From a bacterium (GTDB lineage Bacteria > UBA8248), in NCBI GenBank assembly GCA_965207065.1, contig OZ242260.1, forward strand, positions 1,248,001 to 1,312,000: DNA of 64,000 nt. Reading direction: 5' to 3'. Under the pieces are notes generated by a model that was not told where the DNA came from, searched no databases, and was given only the letters and a program-made list of their open reading frames with translations. Below, piece by piece: positions 50,770-60,156 of this stretch; position 1 is the first letter of the stretch; each line of letters opens with the position of its first letter. The position numbers and the translations under genes were made by a program.

Positions 50770-52197
50770 ATGAAACTTCCGGGTATTATTCTTGCGAGCC
50801 TTCTCGTCATCACATCGCTGAATGGCTGCGGCGGCGGTGGAGGTGGCGGCGCAAGTACGCCTCCGCCGATGGTGATGCCGCCAGCCCCCCCGCCAGAAAT
50901 ACCGCCGCCTGTGGTGCCGCCGGCAACGCTGCAACCCTCCGATCTGGCGGCGCAGGCGCCCCTTTTCGATTTCGGCGCTTCCCTGCATATCGGGATGGTT
51001 GCTGCGCCTCCAGCTTATGCACTCGAAAAGACGGGCGAGCGCAACGGGGTGGAAGTCTCGGAGGGGTCGGTGCGGGACGGCTCGAGAGCCGCCAACGTCA
51101 TCGCGTATCTAGAGCCCAGAACAATGCATCCCGAAGTCACGGGACTCGCGACGTTTTCTAGTCCGCCGACAGTCAGCGTCGTCGAGGGCACGAGCGATAA
51201 ATATACCGGCTATGCGATGCGCGCCGTTCAGATCGTCAACGCCGCCCTGCCTCACGATGCGCGCATTTCGTTTGGCGATGCCCCCGTTCCGGATCCGCTG
51301 GACGTCAACGACGTGCCGACCGGCAGCATCTACGTCGAGTTCATCCCGCAGGCGCAATGGCCGGAGGGGAGCGTCAAGGGCGAGAGGGCGGTCGGCCATA
51401 CGCAATCCCAAATCACCTATCATTCCCGGACGCAACGGAACGAAGTCGTGGAAGCCGACTCTTCCCATATATTGATCGACAGCGGAGAAGTTCGAAATTT
51501 CCCTGAAGAAAAAACCGTCTACGTCCTCGTTCACGAACTTCTCCACGCCCTGGGGTTTTCCGGCCATACCGATCCGGCGCGCTTCCCGGACGCCACCCTG
51601 AATCCCTATGTCCCGCGAAATTTGCCGCGGTTTCTGCTTTCCAGGATTGACAGCGATGCGCTGCTCGCGGCGTATGACAGATTCAGGCCCGGCGCGCAGC
51701 CCGAAGAGATATCGGCGGGGAATCTGGGGACCTGGAATGAGGCGTCGTCGCACGTGCGGGGGGATCTGGGGATTCCGTTTGGGGCGGTTTCCTTCGGCGT
51801 CGCTTTGAGGAACGGCCTGGCGCAACCCTGGGCCTCGGGGCCGGAGCCGTCGATAGAGCTGGCGCAAAACAGGGGGTTGTCGGGGACGGCCGCCTGGAGC
51901 GGCGCGCTGCTGGGCATGACGCCCTCGGAGCAAGTGGTCGCCGGCGATGCCAGCCTCGACGTCAATCTGGCGAACCTGAACGGGCAACTCGATTTCACGG
52001 ATATGCAGTACGACGATGGCGGAACCTGGGGGGACGGCGATCTCGGCTACGCAGTTCAAGTGCGCGGCAACACCTTTATTCGTACGGGCGGGGATGACGG
52101 GGTGGTCACCGGCGCCTTCTTCGGGTTCCGGCACGAGGGGATGGGCGGCGTTCTCGAACGCAGCGATATCTCCGCCGGTTTCGGGGGCAAGCGGTAG
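50770..52197 (+). CDS. Surface lipoprotein with metzincin Zn-protease motif and TbpB-like C-terminal barrel
   Basis: Lipobox LNGC, poly-G and Pro-rich linker, HELLHALGFSGH, C-terminal GAFFG..HE.MGG...AGFGGKR. Confidence 0.75.
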   Translation: MKLPGIILASLLVITSLNGCGGGGGGGASTPPPMVMPPAPPPEIPPPVVPPATLQPSDLAAQAPLFDFGASLHIGMVAAPPAYALEKTGERNGVEVSEGSVRDGSRAANVIAYLEPRTMHPEVTGLATFSSPPTVSVVEGTSDKYTGYAMRAVQIVNAALPHDARISFGDAPVPDPLDVNDVPTGSIYVEFIPQAQWPEGSVKGERAVGHTQSQITYHSRTQRNEVVEADSSHILIDSGEVRNFPEEKTVYVLVHELLHALGFSGHTDPARFPDATLNPYVPRNLPRFLLSRIDSDALLAAYDRFRPGAQPEEISAGNLGTWNEASSHVRGDLGIPFGAVSFGVALRNGLAQPWASGPEPSIELAQNRGLSGTAAWSGALLGMTPSEQVVAGDASLDVNLANLNGQLDFTDMQYDDGGTWGDGDLGYAVQVRGNTFIRTGGDDGVVTGAFFGFRHEGMGGVLERSDISAGFGGKR

Positions 52198-52272
52198 GCG
52201 CTCGCCTTAAATCTCGATTCGTCATTCATTCTGCATGAAAGCGGAGTGTCTTGCTCGCTTCCTCTCTATGGC

Positions 52273-52453
52273 GGTTGTTGAAAAAGCCCACTATACGTCC
52301 GGTCGGCGACATGATGATCACGTAGGGACAGGCCTCCGTGCCTGTCCGAGGCCCCCCCGCGCCTGTTTTGATTGCAACCATCCTGCAAAGGACAACCACG
52401 GAGGGTTGTCCCTACAACCGCCATTCCTCCTTCTGCGGACTTCTTCAACAGCC
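52273..52453. mobile_element. MITE-like element carrying an inverted REP pair
   Basis: GGTTGTTGAAAAA ... TTCTTCAACAGCC, flanked by CTCTATGGC / CTCGATGGC (8/9 direct repeat); REPs at 52322-52347 and 52388-52415. Confidence 0.8.
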
Positions 52454-53371
52454 CTCGATGGCGGCCAAGGATTTCGCCGCCCAGTCGCAGCCCACCTGGC
52501 TCGCCCAAAGGTCCATGAGGCGCTTGGTGACGGGGCCGGGCGCGCCGTGCGCCATCTTGGTTCCGTCGACCGAGGAGACCGGGAGGATGCAGATGCTGTT
52601 CCCGGTGTGGAAGGCCTCGTCGGCGATCAGCAGGTCGTAGCGCGTCAAGTTCATCTCGCGGACCGGGATACCGAGTTCTTTCGCCATGTCGATGACGTGG
52701 GTGCGCGTTACGCCGACCAGGCAGTTGTAATCCGTGGGGGTGAGGATTTCGCCGTCTCTCACGAAAAAGCAGTTGTAGCCCGACCCTTCGGCCACGAAGC
52801 CGTTCATGTCGAGCATGATGGGCCAGGCGCCCGCCTCCTGCGCCTGGAAGTCGGCCTGCACGTGGTTCATCTTGTTGCCCACCTTCGCGCGCGGTTCGAT
52901 GCACTCGGGCGGTATGCGGCGCACGCCGGTGACGACCGAGGGCACGCCCTCCCTGTAGCCGTGGGCGTAGCGCGAATAGTCCATCGGCAGGGTGAAGATG
53001 ACCAGCGTGTGCGCGCCGTGCGTGTGGGTGGCGGCGGAGCTGATGCCGCCCCCGCGCGTCACCCAGTGGTTGATGCGGAATTCCTCTCCCTCGGCGTATA
53101 CGCCGCGGTTTCGCTCGATGAGCTCCATCGTTAGGGCTTCCATCTCGTCCGCGCTCATGCCGGGGTCGAGCCGCGCGTAGCGGCACGAAAGATAGAGCCT
53201 GTCGATGTGCGCCCGCAGGTGCCAGGGCTGGCCGCCAAAGGTGCGCGATGCGTCGTACACGCTGTCGCCGTAGAGGAAGCCGCGGTCCAGGATGGACACG
53301 TTCGCTTCGGTTTCCGGCACGAACCGGCCCTTGACGTAGGCGATTCTCTCACTCAATTTCGCATCCTCCAT
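52445..53371 (-). CDS. Class IV PLP-dependent aminotransferase
   Basis: DRGFLYGD, HIDRL, AKVGN, EGSGYN, LVGVTR, ADEAF. Confidence 0.92.
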   Translation of the reverse strand: MEDAKLSERIAYVKGRFVPETEANVSILDRGFLYGDSVYDASRTFGGQPWHLRAHIDRLYLSCRYARLDPGMSADEMEALTMELIERNRGVYAEGEEFRINHWVTRGGGISSAATHTHGAHTLVIFTLPMDYSRYAHGYREGVPSVVTGVRRIPPECIEPRAKVGNKMNHVQADFQAQEAGAWPIMLDMNGFVAEGSGYNCFFVRDGEILTPTDYNCLVGVTRTHVIDMAKELGIPVREMNLTRYDLLIADEAFHTGNSICILPVSSVDGTKMAHGAPGPVTKRLMDLWASQVGCDWAAKSLAAIEGC

Positions 53372-53404
53372 GGTTTGGCATCATCGCGTCGTTCCGGGTT
53401 TGTC

Positions 53405-54559
53405 CTATAGCAGGTCCATTGCAGCGGAGCGCGCGGCGTGGCCCACCCCGAAGGCGTGGGAGAAAGCCACGACGTCGCGCACCAGACGTTCCATGGGCGC
53501 TTCGGTCATGTAGCCCGCACCTCCCCAGACCTCCATCGAGCGGCGCGCGACGCGCTCGCACGATTCCGCCGCGAAGGCTTTTGCGAGAAAGCTCCGCCAG
53601 GGGTCTGCGTCCCCACCCTGCTCCGCCGTCCAGGCCGCCGCCTGGAGGCTTCTCCTGGCGGCGTCTAGTTCCATCAGGTTATCGCAGAGCATGAAGCCCA
53701 CTGTCTGGTGCTCGATGATGGGTTTTCCCCCCTGTACACGCTCGCGGGCGTGGTCGAGGGCGTGATCATGGGATTTCCTCGCCGTTCCGACCGCCGCCGC
53801 CACAGGGAGTATGCGGGTGGCGTGCGTAGCGTCCCGCCAATCCTCCTCCGCGCAATCGAACGGGTGGTCGAGCTTTACGTCATTGAAACCCAGATCGACG
53901 TCCTGGCAGGCGCGCATCCCCATCGGGTCGTGATAACGGGCGACCGTGATTCCTGTGGCCTCGTCGTTTGTAACGAGAAAAACCTGCCTGCCAGTCCCAT
54001 CCGTGGAGCTTGATTCCAGCAGATACAGGCCGGCGGCCGCGCCGTTCAGCACGTGCCGCGCGCCGCCATTGAGAAGCCCCCCGCCCCCATTTTGCGCGAT
54101 GGATGCGCCCTGGCGTTCTTCCGTCGGATAGGGGCTTTTATGCTCGGGAGCGGGCGTATCTGCGATTTTCACGTGGGCCAGATGGAGCGGGTGGTCTTGT
54201 GTGAATTTTTCCGCGAACGCATCGAACCTCACCTCGTCCCACAGGCGGGATACGGCGTTTGCGAGCGCCCAGTCCTGCGCGTAGATGACGCCGACGCCCA
54301 GATCACCCCAGCCGATCTCCTCCGCCACGAAGCAAAGGCTCAGCAGATCAGCCCCTCCTCCGCCGAGGCTCTCCGGGACGGGCAGGGTGCGCAGGCCCAG
54401 CGTGTCGCCTTTTTCCAGAATATCTCCGGGAACACGGTTTTCCGGGGCCTTTTCCTGATCGAGCGCATCCGTGCGCGGAGCGATCTCCAGACGCGCGAAA
54501 TCGCGCGCCAAGCCTTGAAGCGCAAGAGTGGCCTCTGCGGGAGCGAAGTCCATGCGCAA
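53405..54559 (-). CDS. Degenerate acyl-CoA dehydrogenase family protein
   Basis: C-terminal RVQGGKPI, WGGAGYM, ERLVRD; lacks the TEP..GS motif. Confidence 0.85.
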   Translation of the reverse strand: MRMDFAPAEATLALQGLARDFARLEIAPRTDALDQEKAPENRVPGDILEKGDTLGLRTLPVPESLGGGGADLLSLCFVAEEIGWGDLGVGVIYAQDWALANAVSRLWDEVRFDAFAEKFTQDHPLHLAHVKIADTPAPEHKSPYPTEERQGASIAQNGGGGLLNGGARHVLNGAAAGLYLLESSSTDGTGRQVFLVTNDEATGITVARYHDPMGMRACQDVDLGFNDVKLDHPFDCAEEDWRDATHATRILPVAAAVGTARKSHDHALDHARERVQGGKPIIEHQTVGFMLCDNLMELDAARRSLQAAAWTAEQGGDADPWRSFLAKAFAAESCERVARRSMEVWGGAGYMTEAPMERLVRDVVAFSHAFGVGHAARSAAMDLL

Positions 54560-54588
54560 ACCCTTATGACCGCGAGAAGTTCAGCGAG

Positions 54589-55557
54589 CTAGTCGATGAG
54601 ACCCACGCTCTTCAAGTCCGAGGTAAGCTCCGCCTTCTCATCCGTGCTCAGGGGAATCATCGGCGCGCGCGAGGGGCCGCCGTGCATGCCCATCAGGTCC
54701 ATCCAGTCCTTGAGGGCGGCGATGGGGAACGCTCCCCGCGCCCAGGGCTCCCACAGCCATTTGTCGGCCACGCGGCGGATCGGGTTCATGGACTCGCGCG
54801 CGGTCCAGGCCTCCTCGAGGTTCCCCTCGTCGATCAGGTCGGTGTATCTCTGCATCCCGAGGTTGCCGGTGCGCTGTAAGAGAAACGGGTCGGGGCCGCT
54901 CATGTAGGTCTGCTGCTTGTGATATGCGCGGTTGAAGAACCACTGGGTCTCCATGGGGTCGCTCACGACGATGTCATCCCCCACGGCTTCGCGCACCTCG
55001 TCGCAATGATACTTGGGCTGCGCGTTCTTGATGCAGCAGAGGTTCTCGTTGTCCTCGACGATCGCCTTGACCAGGGGCGCCGAGAGGGAATAGCCGGTCG
55101 CAGCCGTGTTGAAGAGCGACACGCCGATATCCACGTTGCTGCAGAATTCCTTGAAAAACGCACGCACGCGCTCGGGAATCCCCTGCGCGCCGAGGTAGGG
55201 ATTCGCCAGAATGGCATAGGTCGCGCCGGCATCTATCGCGGCGTTGGTCAGCTCGATGGCCTCTTTGGCCGAAGTGTGGCCCGTGTGCGCGATGATGGGC
55301 ACGTCCCCCGCCTCGTCGCAGGCGATTTCCTGTCCGCGCAGGCGCTCTTCTTTCGTCAGGCACCAGAATTCACCAATCATCCCGCCGACGAAAAACCCCT
55401 TGATGTCGAGGTTGTCGATGTAATGTCGGATGTCGGCGCGAAAGCCCGCCTCGTCGATGTTGTCGTTCTCATCGAAGGGATAGGGGATGGCGGCCCAGAT
55501 TCCCCGCATGTTCTCCTTGCAGTAGGCGCGTGAGTCCGATTTCCTGTAAGAGGGCAT
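54589..55557 (-). CDS. DapA/NAL-family class I aldolase (hydratase-aldolase-like)
   Basis: GGMIGEFW, IAHTG, CIKNA. Confidence 0.82.
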   Translation of the reverse strand: MPSYRKSDSRAYCKENMRGIWAAIPYPFDENDNIDEAGFRADIRHYIDNLDIKGFFVGGMIGEFWCLTKEERLRGQEIACDEAGDVPIIAHTGHTSAKEAIELTNAAIDAGATYAILANPYLGAQGIPERVRAFFKEFCSNVDIGVSLFNTAATGYSLSAPLVKAIVEDNENLCCIKNAQPKYHCDEVREAVGDDIVVSDPMETQWFFNRAYHKQQTYMSGPDPFLLQRTGNLGMQRYTDLIDEGNLEEAWTARESMNPIRRVADKWLWEPWARGAFPIAALKDWMDLMGMHGGPSRAPMIPLSTDEKAELTSDLKSVGLID

Positions 55558-55605
55558 TGCTGTCTCCTTCTCGGGTGTGTGACGGAAACATCCGTCAATT
55601 TGAGT

Positions 55606-56784
55606 TTACCATTCATCCTCATCGGCGGGGGCGAGAAGCGGCGCGGCCTTGAGCTTCACCGCCTCGTTCGTGCCGAAGCCGTGCAGATAGCTCAGCACGT
55701 CGCGCCAGCATTTCTCGGGCGTCGGCCTGTCGTCACGCCAGGTCGCGCCCGATCTCCCCCAGACCTCCATCGCGGTGCGGCAGACCTTGATGCCCGCCTC
55801 AGACGCGAACACCTTGGACATGAGGCGGCGCTTCGAATCGTCCGTCGGCTTCTCCGCATGCCATGCCGCAGAATACAGGTACGTCCTCGAAGCCTCAATC
55901 AGCATATACATTTCCGTGAGCGCCATCTGCGCCCACTGCTCGCTCGCCGCGCCGCTCTCCTGCGCGGCCGTCCGCGCGAGGTCGTACGCGAGGCGCGAGG
56001 GACCCATCACCGGAATGAGCGCGCCGCTCACCATGCGCTTCAGGATAGAGAGGCCGCCGTTCCATTCGCCGAAGAGATTGTGCGCGGGCACGCGGCAGTT
56101 CCTGAGCACGAGTTCGCCGTTTTGAAGAAGCCGCCTGCCGAGCTTCGAGTGCGCCTCACCGATCTCGAAGCCTTCCGTATCGCGCGGCACGAGGAAGCAG
56201 GTGAGTCCCTCGCTCATCTTTTTCTCGGGCGCCGTCCTCGCGAAGATGAAGTAATACTTGGCCAGGCCGCCATTTGAGATGTAGTGCTTCGTGCCGTTCA
56301 GGATATAGAAGTCGCCCTCTTGTTTCGCTGTCATGCGCGGGCCTGCGCCCGGTTCGTCGTGCATCAAGAAGGTGTCGGTCCCGCTCTGGGGCTCCGTGGT
56401 GGCGAGGGCGAGCAAGGCTCTCGGGTCGTTCATGAAGTCTTCTAAATATAAATCGCGCTGTTTTTGGGTTGTCTCGACCGTGAGCAGTTGGGCGAACTTG
56501 TAGGTCTGGTCCATCGAGACGGCGACGCCCAGATCGCCGTAGGCGAGTTCTTCGGCCACCATGGCCTGCACGAGATGGCGCGCGCCGAAGCCGCCGTATT
56601 TTTCGGGTACGGTGAGCGTTCTCAAGCCCGCGGCGTCGAGCTTATCGGCGATATGCCAGGGATAGGCCTCGCCGGGCGCGTAGTTCCTGTCCCTCGCCGC
56701 GGCGAGGGGCAGGATGTCCTCACGCGCAATCGCACGCGCGCGGCGCACCATCTCGGATTCTTCGGGGGTCAGGTCCGGCATCAT
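55606..56784 (-). CDS. Acyl-CoA dehydrogenase family protein
   Basis: ATTEPQSGTD, LNGTKHYISNG, EKCWRD; C-terminal YLHGFGTN. Confidence 0.88.
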   Translation of the reverse strand: MMPDLTPEESEMVRRARAIAREDILPLAAARDRNYAPGEAYPWHIADKLDAAGLRTLTVPEKYGGFGARHLVQAMVAEELAYGDLGVAVSMDQTYKFAQLLTVETTQKQRDLYLEDFMNDPRALLALATTEPQSGTDTFLMHDEPGAGPRMTAKQEGDFYILNGTKHYISNGGLAKYYFIFARTAPEKKMSEGLTCFLVPRDTEGFEIGEAHSKLGRRLLQNGELVLRNCRVPAHNLFGEWNGGLSILKRMVSGALIPVMGPSRLAYDLARTAAQESGAASEQWAQMALTEMYMLIEASRTYLYSAAWHAEKPTDDSKRRLMSKVFASEAGIKVCRTAMEVWGRSGATWRDDRPTPEKCWRDVLSYLHGFGTNEAVKLKAAPLLAPADEDEW

Positions 56785-57011
56785 GGCGTTTAGGCGCATC
56801 CTTCTGGAAGCGAGACAAGTCAATGGTGATTTGCCCGATTCCGTACCACTACTTGAGACGCTATGTTCTGTCAATCATATTGGGGTATACCGTGAATGCG
56901 TAAACCTTTTGGTCGATGTGGCGTATCGCCGCCCCAGAGTTGGTTGTTGAATAACCCGGCCTTGGGGGCGAGCACATTTGATGCTCGTCTTGGATGGCCA
57001 CCGTATCGACC

Positions 57012-57119
57012 TCATCCTGAGTAGGCGCTCAAGCGCCGTATCGAAGGATGGGAGGTGCTACTCCCTTGGAGGCGAGAACTTCGCCCTTCGATACGCGGCT
57101 TCGCCGCTACTCAGGGTGA
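57012..57119. repeat. Inverted repeat pair of a second REP-like family
   Basis: TCATCCTGAGTAG(hairpin)CGTATCGAAGG at 57012-57047 and CCTTCGATACG(hairpin)CTACTCAGGGTGA at 57085-57119. Confidence 0.75.
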
Positions 57120-57164
57120 AGTAGAGCGGCGCGTTGCTCAGGGGGTCAAACCCGACCGAGGAGG

Positions 57165-57380
57165 GGCTGTTGAAAAACTCCCCCAAGGGGAAGTGATGTC
57201 CCAAAGAGTGTCGCCCAATGCGGAAAGGTGGTTTTGCTCCTCGCTTTTGATCGTCATTCCGGCGTCGGACCGACCGGGAAGGGACAGTTTTTGTAGGTAG
57301 CGCTCCCCTCTTGGGAGCGCTACATATTATGCGACCCCTACACACGAATAAATTTTCTCTCTCCGACTTTTTCAACAGCC
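57165..57380. mobile_element. MITE-like element with perfect 13-bp TIRs and target duplication
   Basis: GGCTGTTGAAAAA ... TTTTTCAACAGCC, flanked by CCGAGGAGG / CCGAGGAGA. Confidence 0.82.
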
Positions 57381-57531
57381 CCGAGGAGAGAGGGTTTGAC
57401 GCGAGTGATGAGCGAGCGTTTGCTGCGACTGGGGCGGCGAATGCACCGCAGGTACCGGTTTTCCTGAGGGGGAAGACCGACCCTTGAGGGGGGCAACAAC
57501 GCCCGGAAGGCAAGGATCGGAGCGTGCGCGT

Positions 57532-58494
57532 ATGAAAATCGTGATTCCGGATGACTACGGGGGCGTCTTCTCGAACTCGGCCCAGCTCGCGCGCCTGGAG
57601 AGCCTGGGCGAGGTGGCCCATTTCACCGGGCGGCCTGCGAGTGAAGAGGACATGGCCGAGCGCATAGCCGATGCGGAAATCATACTGACCGTGCGCTTTC
57701 AGACGGATTTCAAGAACACTGCCCTGCTCAATGCCGCGCGGGAGCTTCGCTTCATCTCCATATGGGGTACGCGCCCCCGTGTGGTGGACATGAAGCGCGC
57801 CGGTGAGCGGGGCGTTTCGGTTTCCGTGACGCCGGGGGCGGGGAGTCCCTCGGTGGCCGAGCACACGATGATGATGGCTCTGGCCCTCGCGAAGCGGCTG
57901 CCCTATCAGGGACCGGCCATGCGGGCGGGGGCGTGGGAGCGCGTACAGGGCGTGGAGCTTCTGGGCAAGACGCTCTCCGTTATCGGCTTCGGGCACATCG
58001 GGAGCAAGGTCGTCCCCATGGCGCGGGGCTTCGGGATGGAGGTGCTCGCGTGGTCGAAGCGCATGACGGCGGAACGCGCGGCGAAAGAAGGAGCGCGCGC
58101 GGCATCGCTCGATGCGTGTATGGGCTGTGATTTCGTGACGATACAGCTTCACGTGACGCCGGAGACCAGGGGCATCATCTCCAGAGAGCGCATCGCGGGG
58201 ATGAAGCCCACCGCATTCCTGATAAACACCTCGCGCGCGGGCCTGGTGGATATGGACGCCCTGCTCGAAGCGCTGCGGAATAAGAGGATCGCGGGGGCGG
58301 GCCTGGACGTGTTCGAACCGGATGAGCCCCTGCCGGAGGATTCTCCGCTCAGAGCGCTCGATAACGTGATCCTCACACCGCACGTCGCCGCGCATACCGA
58401 GGGGGCGGTTGAGCGGGAGGCGCGCATAACTGTGGACAACGTGGCGGCTTTTGTTCGGGGAGCGCCTGAGAACCTGGTGTTCGAGGACGCTTGA
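57532..58494 (+). CDS. D-2-hydroxyacid dehydrogenase family protein
   Basis: GFGHIG, INTSRAG, LDVFEPDEP, TPHVA. Confidence 0.92.
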   Translation: MKIVIPDDYGGVFSNSAQLARLESLGEVAHFTGRPASEEDMAERIADAEIILTVRFQTDFKNTALLNAARELRFISIWGTRPRVVDMKRAGERGVSVSVTPGAGSPSVAEHTMMMALALAKRLPYQGPAMRAGAWERVQGVELLGKTLSVIGFGHIGSKVVPMARGFGMEVLAWSKRMTAERAAKEGARAASLDACMGCDFVTIQLHVTPETRGIISRERIAGMKPTAFLINTSRAGLVDMDALLEALRNKRIAGAGLDVFEPDEPLPEDSPLRALDNVILTPHVAAHTEGAVEREARITVDNVAAFVRGAPENLVFEDA

Positions 58495-58599
58495 GTATTT
58501 CACGCGAGAGGCGTTTTCAAACATTCGGAGAAATTAAAGTGACTTATAGTAAAGTGAAGAAAACTTAAGTCTTCATGCTTTTATCTGAGAGGGGAAAAG

Positions 58600-59319
58600 A
58601 TGAGCTACCGAATCGAGATGACGGAAGTCCAGGGCAGCGAGATGGAGATTTTCCTGTATGAGCCTTCGGGCGACGGCCCCCATCCGGGCCTGGTGCTCTG
58701 CCAGCACATTCCGGGGCACGGGGGAATCGAGGGAGACCCCTTCACGGTGAAATCGGCGGAGCGCTTCCGGGCGAACGGCTACGCGGTGTCGGTTCCGTTT
58801 CTCTACCACTGGTGGTCCAAGAGTGACGACATGCAGATAAAGCGTGACGAGTTCAACGACGCGCAGACGGCGCAGGACTTGAAAGCCGGCTTCGACGCCC
58901 TGGCGGCGATTGAGAGCGTGGACGCGGGCCGGATCGGGGTCGTCGGGCACTGCTGGGGCGGGCGCGTGAGCTGGCTTGCCGCGTGTACGGATTCGCGCTA
59001 CGCCGCGTGCGCCGTGTTCTACGGCGGGGGCGTGAAAGAGGTGCGCGGCGCGGGCAACCCGCCCGCCATCGAGCTGACGGGAAACATCGCGTGCCCGGTC
59101 ATCGGCATCTTCGGAAACGAGGATCAGAACCCCTCGCCCGAGGACGTGGACGACTACGAGGCGGCGCTCAAGAACGCGGGTGCGGAATACGTCTTCCATC
59201 GCTACGATGGCGCGGGCCACGCATTCCAGTGGGAGGACAACCCCGAGCGCTTCCGCGCCGAACAGAGCGAGGACTCCTGGGAGAAAACGCTCGCGTTTTT
59301 CGGTGAGAAGCTGGGGTGA
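58600..59319 (+). CDS. Dienelactone hydrolase family protein
   Basis: GHCWGG nucleophile elbow, FYG, D, YDGAGHAF. Confidence 0.92.
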   Translation: MSYRIEMTEVQGSEMEIFLYEPSGDGPHPGLVLCQHIPGHGGIEGDPFTVKSAERFRANGYAVSVPFLYHWWSKSDDMQIKRDEFNDAQTAQDLKAGFDALAAIESVDAGRIGVVGHCWGGRVSWLAACTDSRYAACAVFYGGGVKEVRGAGNPPAIELTGNIACPVIGIFGNEDQNPSPEDVDDYEAALKNAGAEYVFHRYDGAGHAFQWEDNPERFRAEQSEDSWEKTLAFFGEKLG

Positions 59320-59355
59320 GGGGGGGGGGTGAAGGAGATTACGCCGCAGCGATTC

Positions 59356-60084
59356 TCAGGTCGCATGAACCCCTTGTAAAACCGGTTCGATATCGGCCAT
59401 GACGAATAGCCGTGGATAGGCGGATCGACCGTTTACCCTGAACACGCGGGCGTCCACGCTTCCGCTATTGAGCCACTCGCTAACCGTTTGAGCTTGCAGG
59501 CGGTTGATGTAGCCGAGCCGAACGCCGTCTTGTCGGGTTGCTTCTATCGCATGAGGGTCATACTCGTTGGTCGGGTCGTGTTGGAAAACCACGGGCTCGT
59601 CAACTTCCAAGTCGAGCGCATCATTTCGATAATGCCTGTAACCCGAGACGTCGAAAACGTATCGGAAAGGACGGTCGAAACCCTCGAAAGTCTCGGTGAC
59701 CCCGAAGCTGTCGCTGGTTAAGCGGGCGCCCGTATAGGCCAGCAGGCTGAGATCGGAGAAATCGGTTTGCGGCGAGAGGCCGAACGTCTCCATGAAGTCA
59801 TGGAAATCGGGCCGACCCCGGGGCGGGAGTCGTCGCGCCAGCACGTCAAGCGCGGTATCCGCCCCGTGCGCCTCGCCCAGCGCGAGGCCGGGATAGCCGC
59901 CGAATCCGGTCTTAAGGGCCAGGGCAAGATTGTCTTCATCCAGATACGAAAACGCCACGCCTTCTTCGCATTGCGCCAACTCGGCCACCGCGAACCTGTC
60001 GCGGGAACCGGGCTGCTCCAGAGGGCGTTGCCACGTCAAAATCGCCCGGCGCGTCTGTATGGGGTCAGTGATCAAATCCGTCAT
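59356..60084 (-). CDS. HIRAN domain-containing protein
   Basis: C-terminal VSGYRHY...DPTNEYDPHAI...LGYI; N-terminal LTWQ...RRLPPRGRPDF. Confidence 0.82.
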   Translation of the reverse strand: MTDLITDPIQTRRAILTWQRPLEQPGSRDRFAVAELAQCEEGVAFSYLDEDNLALALKTGFGGYPGLALGEAHGADTALDVLARRLPPRGRPDFHDFMETFGLSPQTDFSDLSLLAYTGARLTSDSFGVTETFEGFDRPFRYVFDVSGYRHYRNDALDLEVDEPVVFQHDPTNEYDPHAIEATRQDGVRLGYINRLQAQTVSEWLNSGSVDARVFRVNGRSAYPRLFVMADIEPVLQGVHAT

Positions 60085-60156
60085 TTTTGGGTCTCGCGAA
60101 GTATGTTTCTGATGCGTTGCGTACCAATTTCCAGAATAGCACAGATGTGGTGTGGA

